Assembly: GCA_019828565.1 (NCBI GenBank)
Contig: JAHDYR010000005.1
Coordinates: 186,001 to 250,000, forward strand
Source of the DNA: Carpediemonas membranifera BICM
Taxonomy: Eukaryota > Protista > Fornicata
Length of the DNA: 64,000 nt
Reading direction: 5' to 3'
The notes under the pieces: generated by a model
Told to the model about the DNA's origin: nothing
What the model saw: only the letters and a program-made list of their open reading frames with translations
Databases searched by the model: none
Made by a program: the position numbers and the translations under genes
Part shown: positions 1-11,554 of the stretch, piece by piece
Layout of the letters: every line of letters begins with the position of its first letter
Position numbering within the stretch: position 1 is the first letter of the stretch

Positions 1-1049
1 GTACAAGGACCCTGGCAGGCTAGTTACGCCGCTCAGCCTCTGCATCCAGTTGATAATCACTCGCCATTTACTTCTGGTGCTTTTCCTGCTCTCTCTTCTC
101 CATCACGTCGTCATACTCGGCCCTCGTCAGCCTCACAGTTGTCATCCCGGCATCACGGATGTGCTCAAAGGCCTCAACGGGCAGCTTCGGCATCCCGTCC
201 TCGCTGTCGCTGCTGCTGCCCAAGTCTGACTCGCTCTCGTGATAGCGGCGAAGGCGAATGCGTCTGCTGGGCACCCTGGTCTTCATAGCGTCATAGAGCG
301 GAGCGAGCCCACTTCCATTGGCCCCGCTACGGACACCCTCATCGGTATCTCTCTCAGACATATCACACTCAACCTGTTGTGACTGAAGAAATGACAGGTT
401 GTCGACGAGGCTATCCTCGGCATCGCTGTCTGAACTCTCCTCATCCTCCCACTCTCCTTCCAGCATCTCCAACCCGGCCTCATCGTCAAACTCGCCCTCC
501 ACTGCGGTCTCCGGCATCTCTGCCTCGCCAGCTGTCTCGTCAAACAGCGCCTCATCGTCAGACTCACCCTCCCCCGTGTCGCCCCCCTCGGGCTTACGCT
601 GGTCGTGGAGCTGGACCATCCTCATCCTGAGCTTTTTGTAAAGCCACCAGGTCGGCAGAGCTTAAGGTAATCCTGGCGCCCTCATCCTGGCGCCTCATCC
701 CTGGCGCCGTCATCCCTGGCGTCCTCTCCCTCATAAATCTGAATCATCTTCTTGTCTTGCTCCCGATGTTGTCATTGCTGTTTTCGTGTCCACAAGCATT
801 CCAGTCTCATTATAATGTTTATTCAGTACCAAATCATCCTTTAGTGACGGGCATTCTCATCTGCATTGCCGAGAAAAAGAGTTGATGTTGATTAGATGGT
901 GACGAATGCATTACCGGACATTTGACGCGCACAACCTGCTTAATACTGCATAAAAGCATCGCTGATCGCTTTCTCTTCTGTTCTTCAACGCCCAAGGAGC
1001 GGCTTCCAGGTCGGCAACGGTTGCCGACCTGGACCCGTGCAGTTTATGC
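1..1049 (-). repeat. Inverted copy of ~5752-6800
   Basis: Position 1 GTACAAGGAC is the reverse complement of 6791-6800. The same peptides appear on opposite strands. The match ends at GCATAAA near 1049. Confidence 0.92.
68..640 (-). pseudogene. Duplicated 3' part (acidic tail) of the 4275-5636 gene
   Basis: 185-aa ORF identical to the C-terminus of the 472-aa ORF. Confidence 0.8.
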
Positions 1050-1233
1050 TCGCAACCAAAGTTGGTCACAGTTTCAATGATACGTGTTAACAATGCAACA
1101 TAGACGGGTAAACACTGGTGTGAACTAATATATCCTCGCTAATTCACGTGACGTGAGTGATGTTGCACTTGTGACTATGAACAGACTCCTAGTTAATAGT
1201 ACCGATCAAATTACCGAATACTTCATGTCATAT

Positions 1234-3146
1234 TTAGTTCTTACGTCTCCTAATCTTCACCTGGGTCGGCTTTGAGACCTTCCGCAAAGTTGCATGTCGA
1301 CCCATCAACTGTATCACGTAGTTGATGTCGAGCCTGGCGCACTCCGCCCTAAAACTCTCCAGCGCTCTACTCTGATCGCCATCGAAGGGACGCCGCACTG
1401 TCAATGCATTGCCCTTCTCGTTACGGTAAATGTGCGTGATCATCTTCTCATCAATGTTGACAAGCATGGTCGGCTTCCCTGTCATCGAAGTCCACACTCT
1501 GATTGCTTCAACGCATGCCCATCTCGTCACTGTCCCGTCACTATTGACGTGCTCAGGAAACAGCTCATCCAGAAGCTCTATCTCTGTCATCTTTGAGAAT
1601 ACGGCCATGGTCCTTGCGTGGGCGAGGAGCGTCTGGCGGTAAGCTGTCGCCTCATCCTCAGCCTTGAGCTTCTGCGACAAGGGCAATTTGCGTCTGAACG
1701 CAGTAAATGTTCTCAGACCCGACATCATCATCAGGCAGTGAATGATGCAGTTCCCATAACCCAGGGTCGGATACGTAGGCCAACCTGAACTCGGAAGCCT
1801 TGTCGTGATGATCATGTCGAATGCCACAGTTCGGTTGTAGCGGGTTGGGTCAGACCTGGCGTTGACCACTCTTCCGCTCTCCTCGGTTTCACCCTCCTCC
1901 TCTGCCCCACCCTCCTCGTCTGACTCGGCCTTCTCTTCCTCCTGCTCCTCCTCTGACTTACTCTTGGCCGGAGAGTGCTGTGCGATGATATCCTTCATCT
2001 CAGGCGTAAAGTTGAGGTCTATGGGGTCTGCCAGGTCATTCGGAGCGGTTGCTTGTGCAGACGCTGAGCAAACATCCTCGTCGTCGCCGGAGTTGCCGCC
2101 CTCGAGGTCGCCAAAGTGCAGCTCCTCCATCAACTCATCCGCCACTGGCTCCTCTTCCTCCTCTGACTCCTCCTCCGAGTCCTCTGGCCTGGCCTTCTCG
2201 GGCGTGATGATGAGGGCCTTGCGCTTCACAGACATGGCTGCCTGCGCCTCGTCCGTATCGCGTCGGGGACAGGAAGTCCTGGAGACTGTGCCAGACTGTG
2301 GCGGGATGGGGCTGCATGGGAGTGATGCATCCATGGACTTGTCAGCGTCATAGGCTGCCTCTCGCTCAGCCTGCTGCTGCAGAAGGCGTCGATGCAGCGT
2401 GATGACTTCCTCACTCTTTGCCGTCAAGCTCTTCCTCAACTGCTTGACTCTCTTCTTGTATCCTCGAACAATTTTGTGATAGTAATCGATGATAGCGCCA
2501 GTACCTGGGGGGAGCAGGGGCGTACCTTCTCCCGCGGGGGTCTCCAACCATTCCAGGGCGATGATGTACTCTTCGAAGTACGAGCGGCAGGAGTGCTTCA
2601 TGTAAGCAAGGTCTGCCTCCTTGCTGCGCACCCTGGCAACCATTGCTGTGACATGGTCGCGCACAAGCGCGTTGGTGGATGTCGCGTTGCGCCACGCCCG
2701 AACCTTGACACTCAGCGCCTCTTTTTCGATACGCGCGCCCTCATTCTCCTTGGCATACTCAGCCCTCTTGGAGTTCTTGAAGGCTGTGACAGCGGCCGAC
2801 TCAAACGCCTTCATCTCCTTCTCCGTGAAGGTTGCCTCGATGTTCTCGTTCGAGGTCTTATCCTGCACCTGCTGAGACAGCAATGCCTCGAGTTCTGCCT
2901 TCTTCTCGCCCTGAATCTCGAAATATGAGCACAGGTGGTTAAAGTTGATCCCTATATAAACATTTGCACCAATTACGTACCGTTCTTGACGACTATATCG
3001 AAGATATCGTTCTCGTCGAGCAATTTGTCCCGAAGAACGGCACTCTTCGCCTTGTTTGTCTTCTTCTCCTTGAATTCGGTGATAACGGCCTCAATCACAT
3101 CATCTGAGGTGCTCTCGATCCACTCGTGAAGGAATTCGAACGTCAT
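1234..3146 (-). CDS. Two-exon 627-aa protein with coiled-coil/acidic region and C-terminal OTU-like cysteine protease domain; join(3146..2981,2951..1234)
   Basis: Removing a 29-nt GT-AG intron fuses MTFEFLHEW... in frame with the 549-aa ORF. Motifs GYGNCIIHCL, RWACVEAIRVW and GRHATL. Paralog at 50499-52251. Confidence 0.75.
2952..2980 (-). other. 29-nt spliceosomal intron
   Basis: GTACGTAATTGGTGCAAATGTTTATATAG; restores the frame; same position and phase as the intron at 52067-52094. Confidence 0.8.
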
Positions 3147-3355
3147 TCTTCTCTTCGTTATATCCCAATAATGGACATATAACAGAGATGAGAAAATTGC
3201 CAGTAACCGTAGGCAACGGGGTGTCGGAAACGTTATACCATACAAACGGGGGATATAATCGCTCCGAAAACATCCATTATGTGGACTGAATGGCGATATA
3301 ACGTATGGGGAGTGATCCGACGAGCTTTCGGGCGGTGCAGGCTAAGACACACCAA

Positions 3356-3804
3356 GTCTGTGGTGCTATAACGTACCTCGGGACGCACTGTGGAGGCCCC
3401 TAGAGTACTCGGTCATGGCATGTCAGACCAAGGGTCCCTCAAATCTGGCCCCATTCAGGATGCTCCCCCTAAATGTTCCGTTGCAAGCGTCTGACGGAGG
3501 TTCTCTGGATACCGACCAAGATGGAGGTCACGTGGATCAACGGACGATAATTGCGGTATTCTGGCCATGCCTGGTACTCTCAAATCATCTATACTGCTCT
3601 ATGCTCCATTTATAGTTCATATCGTATGGTCCTGGTGGACTTATAGTTGTTGATGTTGTTTAGGGATAATTGTTGCTTTAATGATGCTCTGCGCCCGCAT
3701 ACTGATGTTTCTTAGTGTTGTACACATGCCTACTACGTTAAAGCCGCCAGTATTCTTTCTATTCTTAAGTTCGCCATTTCAATCTCGTTGCGAGCATAAA
3801 GTGC
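3356..3804. repeat. Conserved block upstream of the OTU gene, shared with 52580-53023
   Basis: High nucleotide identity, much higher than between the adjacent OTU paralogs; both copies end at GCGAGCATAAAGTGC. Confidence 0.85.
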
Positions 3805-4274
3805 ACATTGTGAAAGGAAAGTGGGTGGTTATCTAATGGATACAGGGCAGGAAAAGGTACACGAATGCCGTCCTGAGGTTTGGCATGGGATACTGATCTC
3901 ATACGTCAAAAATGGGCGGTGGTATTCGAATTTCAGAATTTCGGCATGTCCGAATTCCGAGGCAAGCGGGAGGGTGTACAAAACCTGGCCTGGGTACCTA
4001 TTAGAGCGAATAGAGAATGGCAGCACCATGGATTCGGTTTTCAGAATAATAATTGCATTTGGATCGCCATTTCAGAATTACTTCCAGCACCGGAGATTAT
4101 CATTAAATCTGGGAGTGTAACAACACTTTTAAAAAATGAAAGGTCCCCATTCACCCACTCAGGCCCCAGATCACGTATCTGAGCTCAGTTTGGGTCAATT
4201 CCCAATACTTTAGAGTTTTGTATGGTCGAAATTCTGGAATAGCAATCCAAACTGAAGCAGCAAAAACTCATCCC

Positions 4275-5636
4275 ATGGAGGCTGTAGCGGCAATAGACGA
4301 AGATATCATGAAGCGTTGGTTGAAGAATGTTCCAACCAAATCGCGTACGAACTACAACAAGCTTCTGAAAGACGTTTTGGCCAGAATTTGTCAGGAAACC
4401 GCCACAGATATCCAGAAGGGCATCGCGATTGTTCGTAGTGACGAGCTGGTAACCCATTTGCGCCGGTACCTCGCTGAGAAGCCTCTGGGGACGCAGAAGA
4501 AGATCGTTTCGGCTGTTCAGTCTTTCCGGAACTTCGACTTGCCACACCCCGCGAAGCCGTTGTCCTGGAAAGAGGAGGAAGAGGTGTCGCCTGCATCAGT
4601 TGAGAGTCTCCCCAGCCCGTATGGCGCCATTGCCATTCTGCTCAACCAGACGGGCTGGGAGTATTCGTATCTCCAAGGTAATCTCCCCGATGCGATAGAC
4701 CTTACCTCGTGCCCGAGCTGGATGGGCTTTGGCACGCTCAAATCGGGATTCCCGCAGGCCAGTGCTGTATCGGAGGCGCTCAAGGTTCAGGGGTTGACGG
4801 TTCGCATGCTTCGCTTTGCGCAGCGGATCGACGTGTCCACCGATAGGATGCAGTCTATCGGCACGCTAGAGCGCCGCGGCAGACCGCGGGAGAAGCCTCA
4901 GAAGGTCATTAAGGACAAGCGCATCAGCCTGACCGATGAGCAGTTCAGGCACCAGTTGGCGTCCAGTCACTTAACGACCACGCGGCGCCCAACGATCCTC
5001 GATCTCAACCCGGAGATCCGAAGCTCTGCTGACCTGGTGCCGCCGACGCTCGATGACTGGCTTTACAACAAGCTCAGGATTAGGATGGTCCAGCTCCACG
5101 ACCAGCGTAAGCCCGAGGGGGGCGACACGGGGGAGGGTGAGTCTGACGATGAGGCGCTGTTTGACGAGACAGCTGGCGAGGCAGAGATGCCGGAGACCGC
5201 AGTGGAGGGCGAGTTTGACGATGAGGCCGGGTTGGAGATGCTGGAAGGAGAGTGGGAGGATGAGGAGAGTTCAGACAGCGATGCCGAGGATAGCCTCGTC
5301 GACAACCTGTCATTTCTTCAGTCACAACAGGTTGAGTGTGATATGTCTGAGAGAGATACCGATGAGGGTGTCCGTAGCGGGGCCAATGGAAGTGGGCTCG
5401 CTCCGCTCTATGACGCTATGAAGACCAGGGTGCCCAGCAGACGCATTCGCCTTCGCCGCTATCACGAGAGCGAGTCAGACTTGGGCAGCAGCAGCGACAG
5501 CGAGGACGGGATGCCGAAGCTGCCCGTTGAGGCCTTTGAGCACATCCGTGATGCCGGGATGACAACTGTGAGGCTGACGAGGGCCGAGTATGACGACGTG
5601 ATGGAGAAGAGAGAGCAGGAAAAGCACCAGAAGTAA
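4275..5636 (+). CDS. Hypothetical protein: degenerate tyrosine-recombinase-like N-terminal half plus long acidic tail
   Basis: ORF 4218-5636, first ATG at 4275. KSRTNYNKLL, AILLNQTGWEYSYL and GLTVRMLR resemble YR boxes that lack catalytic residues (inference). Confidence 0.6.
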   Translation: MEAVAAIDEDIMKRWLKNVPTKSRTNYNKLLKDVLARICQETATDIQKGIAIVRSDELVTHLRRYLAEKPLGTQKKIVSAVQSFRNFDLPHPAKPLSWKEEEEVSPASVESLPSPYGAIAILLNQTGWEYSYLQGNLPDAIDLTSCPSWMGFGTLKSGFPQASAVSEALKVQGLTVRMLRFAQRIDVSTDRMQSIGTLERRGRPREKPQKVIKDKRISLTDEQFRHQLASSHLTTTRRPTILDLNPEIRSSADLVPPTLDDWLYNKLRIRMVQLHDQRKPEGGDTGEGESDDEALFDETAGEAEMPETAVEGEFDDEAGLEMLEGEWEDEESSDSDAEDSLVDNLSFLQSQQVECDMSERDTDEGVRSGANGSGLAPLYDAMKTRVPSRRIRLRRYHESESDLGSSSDSEDGMPKLPVEAFEHIRDAGMTTVRLTRAEYDDVMEKREQEKHQK

Positions 5637-7068
5637 ATGGCGAGTGATTATCAACTGGATGCAGAGGCTGAGCGGCGTAACTAGCCTGCCAGGGTCCTTG
5701 TACACAGTATGTGTCTTGGCCAAGCTTGACTTCGTCGGTTGGCCGAAAAAGCATAAACTGCACGGGTCCAGGTCGGCAACCGTTGCCGACCTGGAAGCCG
5801 CTCCTTGGGCGTTGAAGAACAGAAGAGAAAGCGATCAGCGATGCTTTTATGCAGTATTAAGCAGGTTGTGCGCGTCAAATGTCCGGTAATGCATTCGTCA
5901 CCATCTAATCAACATCAACTCTTTTTCTCGGCAATGCAGAGGAGAATGCCCGTCACTAAAGGATGATTTGGTACTGAATAAACATTATAATGAGACTGGA
6001 ATGCTTGTGGACACGAAAACAGCAATGACAACATCGGGAGCAAGACAAGAAGATGATTCAGATTTATGAGGGAGAGGACGCCAGGGATGACGGCGCCAGG
6101 GATGAGGCGCCAGGATGAGGGCGCCAGGATTACCTTAAGCTCTGCCGACCTGGTGGCTTTACAAAAAGCTCAGGATGAGGATGGTCCAGCTCCACGACCA
6201 GCGTAATCCCGATGGGGGTCGACACGGGGGAGGGTGAGTCTGACGATGAGGCGCTGTTTGACGAGACAGCTGGCGAGGCAGAGATGCCGGAGACCGCAGT
6301 GGAGGGCGAGTTTGACGATGAGGCCGGGTTGGAGATGCTGGAAGGAGAGTGGGAGGATGAGGAGAGTTCAGACAGCGATGCCGAGGATAGCCTCGTCGAC
6401 AACCTGTCATTTCTTCAGTCACAACAGGTTGAGTGTGATATGTCTGAGAGAGATACCGATGAGGGTGTCCGTAGCGGGGCCAATGGAAGTGGGCTCGCTC
6501 CGCTCTATGACGCTATGAAGACCAGGGAGCCCAGCAGACGCATTCGCCTTCGCCGCTATCACGAGAGCGAGTCAGACTTGGGCAGCAGCAGCGACAGCGA
6601 GGACGGGATGCCGAAGCTGCCCGTTGAGGCCTTTGAGCACATCCGTGATGCCGGGATGACAACTGTGAGGCTGACGAGGGCCGAGTATGACGACGTGATG
6701 GAGAAGAGAGAGCAGGAAAAGCACCAGAAGTAAATGGCGAGTGATTATCAACTGGATGCAGAGGCTGAGCGGCGTAACTAGCCTGCCAGGGTCCTTGTAC
6801 ACAGTATGTGTCTTGGCCAAGCTTGACTTCGTCGGTTGGCCGAAAAAGCATAAACTGCACGGGTCCAGGTCGGCAACCGTTGCCGACCTGGAAGCCGCTC
6901 CTTGGGCGTTGAAGAACAGAAGAGAAAGCGATCAGCGATGCTTTTATGCAGTATTAAGCAGGTTGTGCGCGTCAAATGTCCGGTAATGCATTCGTCACCA
7001 TCTAATCAACATCAACTCTTTTTCTCGGCAATGCAGAGGAGAATGCCCGTCACTAAAGGATGATTTGG
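5059..7068 (+). repeat. Direct duplication with 1097-bp period (~5059-5971 / ~6156-7068)
   Basis: Identical ORFs offset by 1097 (stops 5636/6733 and 5889/6986). Confidence 0.93.
5767..5795. repeat. Perfect palindrome with 14-bp arms; copies at 1005-1033 and 6864-6892
   Basis: TCCAGGTCGGCAAC-C-GTTGCCGACCTGGA. Confidence 0.9.
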
Positions 7069-7358
7069 AACTAACAGGCTTTAATAAGCATGTCAAGCCT
7101 GTGATCACGATAACAGCCTTCAATAACTACATCAAGGCAATACATCAAGAAGATTGTTTAAAGAGACGGCGGGGAGCAAGATGCAGGGAGAGCGGCAGGG
7201 AAACGAAGGCATGGGGACAGGAGCCCGAGAAGAGCGCCTGGAGAACGGTGAGGAAGAACGGCGGGGAAGAGCAGCCGGGCGCATGGGTACACACATCTGT
7301 CATCATGTGGCATCAACATTGCCACAGTGGTCAACTCAATAACAAGCAATGTCTTCAT

Positions 7359-8641
7359 TTACTCACTGTTCTGGATCACCAATTCGTACGACGAGTAACA
7401 GTCGGGACAGAGCCGAATCTTGGGAATCGACTTGCCACAGATGACAATCTTCAGCAGCTCCATCTGTACGCAGTTGGCAGAGTTACAGAACCAGTGCCCG
7501 CACTGCCTACAGTGCACGGCTGAGTCGTTGCGTCGGCATGCGTAACACTTCTTCTCATTGAGGCAATAGCTACACGTGTATTTCCAGCGACCCTTAGTGG
7601 ACTCGGCCCAGTTCTTGTTCTTTCCAGTCTTAGGCCGGGGAGGGACACAGCGTGAGTTGTCGTGGAAGTTCACTTTGCATTCCTGGCAAGTCACAAACTT
7701 TGACGTCACGCGATTGTCGATCCAGTCCAGACTGTGGCAATGGCCGCAACAGAAACAAAGCAGCCTATTCTGAATGTCGAGAATCGAGAAAGAATCATCA
7801 CCGACCTCAGACACATCGTCATCGTTGTCCCCTTGGCTGGCCAGACGTGCCTCCACGGTGGCGAGCCTCTGATCGACACTCATCGCGACACGGTGAACAT
7901 CGTGCAGCACAATCGACTCGCGAGGCGCTTGAGGGGAAGCTGGAGAGGGAACCGAAGTGGGACCGGACGATGAGTGCAGGAAAGGCTCACTTTTCACGCA
8001 AAGCTCTTGCTTCACGTGTGTAAGGGCGGGGGTGGCAGGGTTGGGGATTTCAACTGTTCTGCACTTGCCCACAAATCTCTCCGGGTCATTGATATCGGGC
8101 ACACAGAGATTAAAGTCTCGGGAGTCGAGATTATCTGGCACAGGAATATTGAGTCTCGACAGGACGGATCTGATCGCGCTGGTTAGCTCCGAACGGACTG
8201 GGCGAGGGAGCTCTTGCAGAGAGCATGGACAACCTTGGGTTTCCCGTCAGATATGGCCACAGTCACCCCCATCGTCTCAGCCCAATCTCGGACGTTCTTC
8301 GCAACAACCCTTCCCATCGAGACGCCAGGTTTCAACTTCAGCTCATCGAGGAAGTCCGGTGTTTCGGAGCACGGCTGAAGAAACGACACGATGATGTGGT
8401 TGAACGCATTTCCGAGCTTTTTGATGGACAGGCCAGTTGGGTCTGAGTCAAAGACGTCAAACGCAAACGTGAAGAAGGCCTTAAGCATGCCCATCATGAG
8501 AATTGACCGGCAAGTACTCAAAGCGGTTGTGTTCCACTTCGTCATCGGTCTCGATCTCTTAGAAACAGCCTTAACTGCATGATCGTCCGCCATGTTCTCA
8601 TTTACGGCCGCGCGCTTCGTTTCTAGCTCCGTTTCTGTCAT
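7359..8641 (-). CDS. PHD-finger / Cys-rich zinc-finger protein; probably one gene split by a frameshift or tiny intron near 8190-8235
   Basis: CFCC...VTCQECKVNFHDNSRC...WKYTCSYC is a C4HC3 PHD pattern, followed by a second CxxC cluster. The frame of the 260-aa ORF stays open upstream and overlaps the end of the 152-aa ORF. Confidence 0.7.
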
Positions 8642-8738
8642 TCCAGAGTAGATTTTCTACTAAAAATTGGCATTGTTACAACCAATCATTAACATTAATA
8701 GAGAAGGAGAATAAAGACTCACCAGCCCGCGGCCAATC

Positions 8739-11354
8739 GTGACTCAGGTTCGCATCAGACGTCGACAGAGACGAGTTAAACATGAGGCTGGGCAATTGTC
8801 TTCTGAGCTAATCCTTAACCTTTCAAAGAGGATGCTAATACCGAAGTGGACGCTATTACACGGCACTATTTATGCTCCTCAAGAGGATACTGGCATCAAC
8901 ACCATTCTATGCAGCGTGTACCTTTCCATTGACTCAGATAACGTCAGCACACATCGGTTTCGTGTTTCCAAAGCTCCCCAACGCCGTGAGTTCGTCCAGG
9001 TTGTTCAAGAGTTGCTCAGTGCAGGATATATATGTCGCCAGGATGTTTCAAAGCAGCTGTACCCCTCTCCGACTGCCACATCTATCGCTGCGGAGAAGAG
9101 GAATCACACGACTTACCCAAGAGCCTACGTGAAGCATACATCCGCAGTTGACACTCTCGCAGCCGAGAATGAGTGTCTACGGAAGCGTCTGGCCGACACG
9201 GAGCGCCTGATTCAACTAACGAACCAGCTCAAGTCCATCACAAACGGATACAATGCCGTTAACGACGAGATCCGCATAATGAACTCTCTTGCAGGTAGGC
9301 TTAACCTTGATATTGTGCGGATATCTCCTGTTACCTCGAAGATCAAGTCTCTCGCGTGTAATATCCAGAATATGGAGGAGATAGAATCACTTCTCCAATC
9401 TGACACCGCTTGGAGGAGATTTATCCGCAGTCACGTTCCCGCCAACATTCAGCACAGGGTAACGGCGAGAAGGTCTGATCAGGCCAATCAGGAATATGAG
9501 CTCGACCTCATCACCCATGTCGAAGCTCCTCTTGATGTTGTACGATCATCTATTCAGGGCGACTCGGCCCATGCAGAGCACGTTGCAGGAAAGATCGTCG
9601 TCTTCTATGACTCAGAGCAGGACCGTGAGACTCACTATAGCATCATGAAAGAGCAAGGCCTCACCCCTCGGATGCAGACGAGTGCAAGATATACCCATGT
9701 ATATCATGCATCATTTGATATCATGGAGTATTATCGCCAAGCGGTTGCATTCCCCGTATCGCTGGAGACGTCACGATCCGGGCGCAAGAGTGCAGCTCGG
9801 ACATTAAGACGACAGAGTCATTCCGCTGAGACGGGGACGATCCCACTCGTGTTAGAGGTGTGGGTCGATGCGTGGAGAGGGCTGACAACCGCTGTTAAGA
9901 TTCGTTTCCTCGACGACTCCCACAAAGTCTTTCCGTCTGGTGCGACTCCTCCTTTCCGGATTCTTGAATACAACGGCCCAGAAAGTCTCATCACTGAGCA
10001 TTTTGCCTTCATTGAACAGTCCATCGAGAGCACACACCGCGAGGTGCTGGAAGTCAGGAACACGGGTCTCCTCTGCCGAGTAACGCGTGTCTTTATTATC
10101 GCTGACCATCCAGCCATGTCCAAGGTTTGCGGGGCACTCATTGGAGGCAATTACCCCTCGCCATTCAGTCCCGTTCATTCGAAGAACAAGGGCTGGAGTC
10201 CCTTTGGTCGCACCCCGCGCTGCACCTTGGCAGATATCCTGCTGGCGAAGCATAAGTCACAGTTCGACACTATTATGGACAGAGAGGCCAAATGGGGATC
10301 CTTCTATAACCATCAGAAGAAGTGCATCGCTCCCACTTTGTTTGAGACGTCGACTGCGTCGCTGCCCAGAGACTGCGTCTTCTTATTCCCTCCAATCATG
10401 CATGTCAGTCATGACTTTGTGTCGTTGATTCATGCCATGTGCCGCATGTTCAAGCCAGAGCCAATTGACCCAGAGAGCGACCCTCGTCAAATTAAGGAGG
10501 TGAAGGCAAGGAACGCGATGCTAGCGAATCTGGCGTCGTTTGAGCCACCCAGCCGTACGACGGGCTGCAACGAGCAAGTCAAGGGGAGAAAGATGATAGC
10601 ATCGATTGGACTTAAGCTGCATCGTGCGTTCCCGCCACCCGTGCAGTCATTATTCATACTCGCTGCATACCTCCAGGAGCACTACTATTCCCACGAGGAT
10701 GTAACTGAGAACATGGTCGTGTGGCATCGCTTGACAGCACTTCTCGTGCACCTCTTCTCTGTGACCATGTGTCTTAGCACATCTAACACGGTTGCCCCAG
10801 ACATTCCGATCCGTCAACCATCTGCGACTCCCGATACGGCGCCGTGTGTTGATACACTTCACGGATTGGCGCGTATTGCCGCGCTGCCGGAGATACAAGC
10901 GAAGACTCGGGCCTCCTTTGGTCGAGTCATCGAAGAGTGCTTTGAACGTGATTTCATTGGGAATCAGGAGAGTCGAGTGCGATTGCGTCAGAACCAGACG
11001 GTTCTTGAGAGCACTATTCTGAAGGAGCAGGTTGAGTTGCTGTTCAGATGCCTTCGTGGAGTGATTTCCTACGGAAGACGCGAAACAGATGTCCCACCCC
11101 AGTCACCCCTGAAACTTATGCGCATTCATAAGTGTTGTAAGGATGCCAATTGGTGGCTTCGTATCCGGAGTGTGCATTCTAAGACGCTGACAGCGACTGA
11201 GTGCCAAAAGCTGCACATGGTGTTTACGAAGGAAGTCAACGGCCTATGGCGCACTGTCTTGTCGAAAGCAGACTGTAGCTTTGACTCAGACTGGCTGGAT
11301 GTTCCCATTCACGAGCAGGGACACACTCTTGATGTTTGCATATGCAAGAGATAG
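8739..11354 (+). CDS. DDE transposase, CMC (CACTA/Mirage/Chapaev)/Transib/RAG1-like
   Basis: Motifs in expected order: LEVWVDAW (D1), FIIADHPAMSKVCG..NYPSPF (D2), PPIMH, DTLH...LPEI...FGRVIEECFE (E). Lies next to the element terminus. Confidence 0.72.
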   Translation: MTQVRIRRRQRRVKHEAGQLSSELILNLSKRMLIPKWTLLHGTIYAPQEDTGINTILCSVYLSIDSDNVSTHRFRVSKAPQRREFVQVVQELLSAGYICRQDVSKQLYPSPTATSIAAEKRNHTTYPRAYVKHTSAVDTLAAENECLRKRLADTERLIQLTNQLKSITNGYNAVNDEIRIMNSLAGRLNLDIVRISPVTSKIKSLACNIQNMEEIESLLQSDTAWRRFIRSHVPANIQHRVTARRSDQANQEYELDLITHVEAPLDVVRSSIQGDSAHAEHVAGKIVVFYDSEQDRETHYSIMKEQGLTPRMQTSARYTHVYHASFDIMEYYRQAVAFPVSLETSRSGRKSAARTLRRQSHSAETGTIPLVLEVWVDAWRGLTTAVKIRFLDDSHKVFPSGATPPFRILEYNGPESLITEHFAFIEQSIESTHREVLEVRNTGLLCRVTRVFIIADHPAMSKVCGALIGGNYPSPFSPVHSKNKGWSPFGRTPRCTLADILLAKHKSQFDTIMDREAKWGSFYNHQKKCIAPTLFETSTASLPRDCVFLFPPIMHVSHDFVSLIHAMCRMFKPEPIDPESDPRQIKEVKARNAMLANLASFEPPSRTTGCNEQVKGRKMIASIGLKLHRAFPPPVQSLFILAAYLQEHYYSHEDVTENMVVWHRLTALLVHLFSVTMCLSTSNTVAPDIPIRQPSATPDTAPCVDTLHGLARIAALPEIQAKTRASFGRVIEECFERDFIGNQESRVRLRQNQTVLESTILKEQVELLFRCLRGVISYGRRETDVPPQSPLKLMRIHKCCKDANWWLRIRSVHSKTLTATECQKLHMVFTKEVNGLWRTVLSKADCSFDSDWLDVPIHEQGHTLDVCICKR

Positions 11355-11554
11355 TAAAGATCGGATTTAGTCTCGCGGTCAATCTCACGTGGCCCAGAGC
11401 AGCGTGCTCCTGGAATCAACAGGGCATAAAACACCCTGCGTATTCCGGTAGCACACCGTTCTGACTCACGTCCGTCTCTGGTTGTCGTACAGGTCTATTT
11501 ACGTGTTTGGTGATGGCGCTCCCTTAAATCTGCTTGAACAGCGTGTCGTGGCTG

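Noticed and set aside
1294-2928. Many short Ser/Arg-rich ORFs antisense to the main genes (here and throughout)
   Set aside because: Shadow frames of GC-rich coding sequence.
5703-5711. Internal CACAGTATG as a further transposon end
   Set aside because: It matches the terminal 9-mer but lacks the TAGATWATCT subterminal repeats; may be chance.
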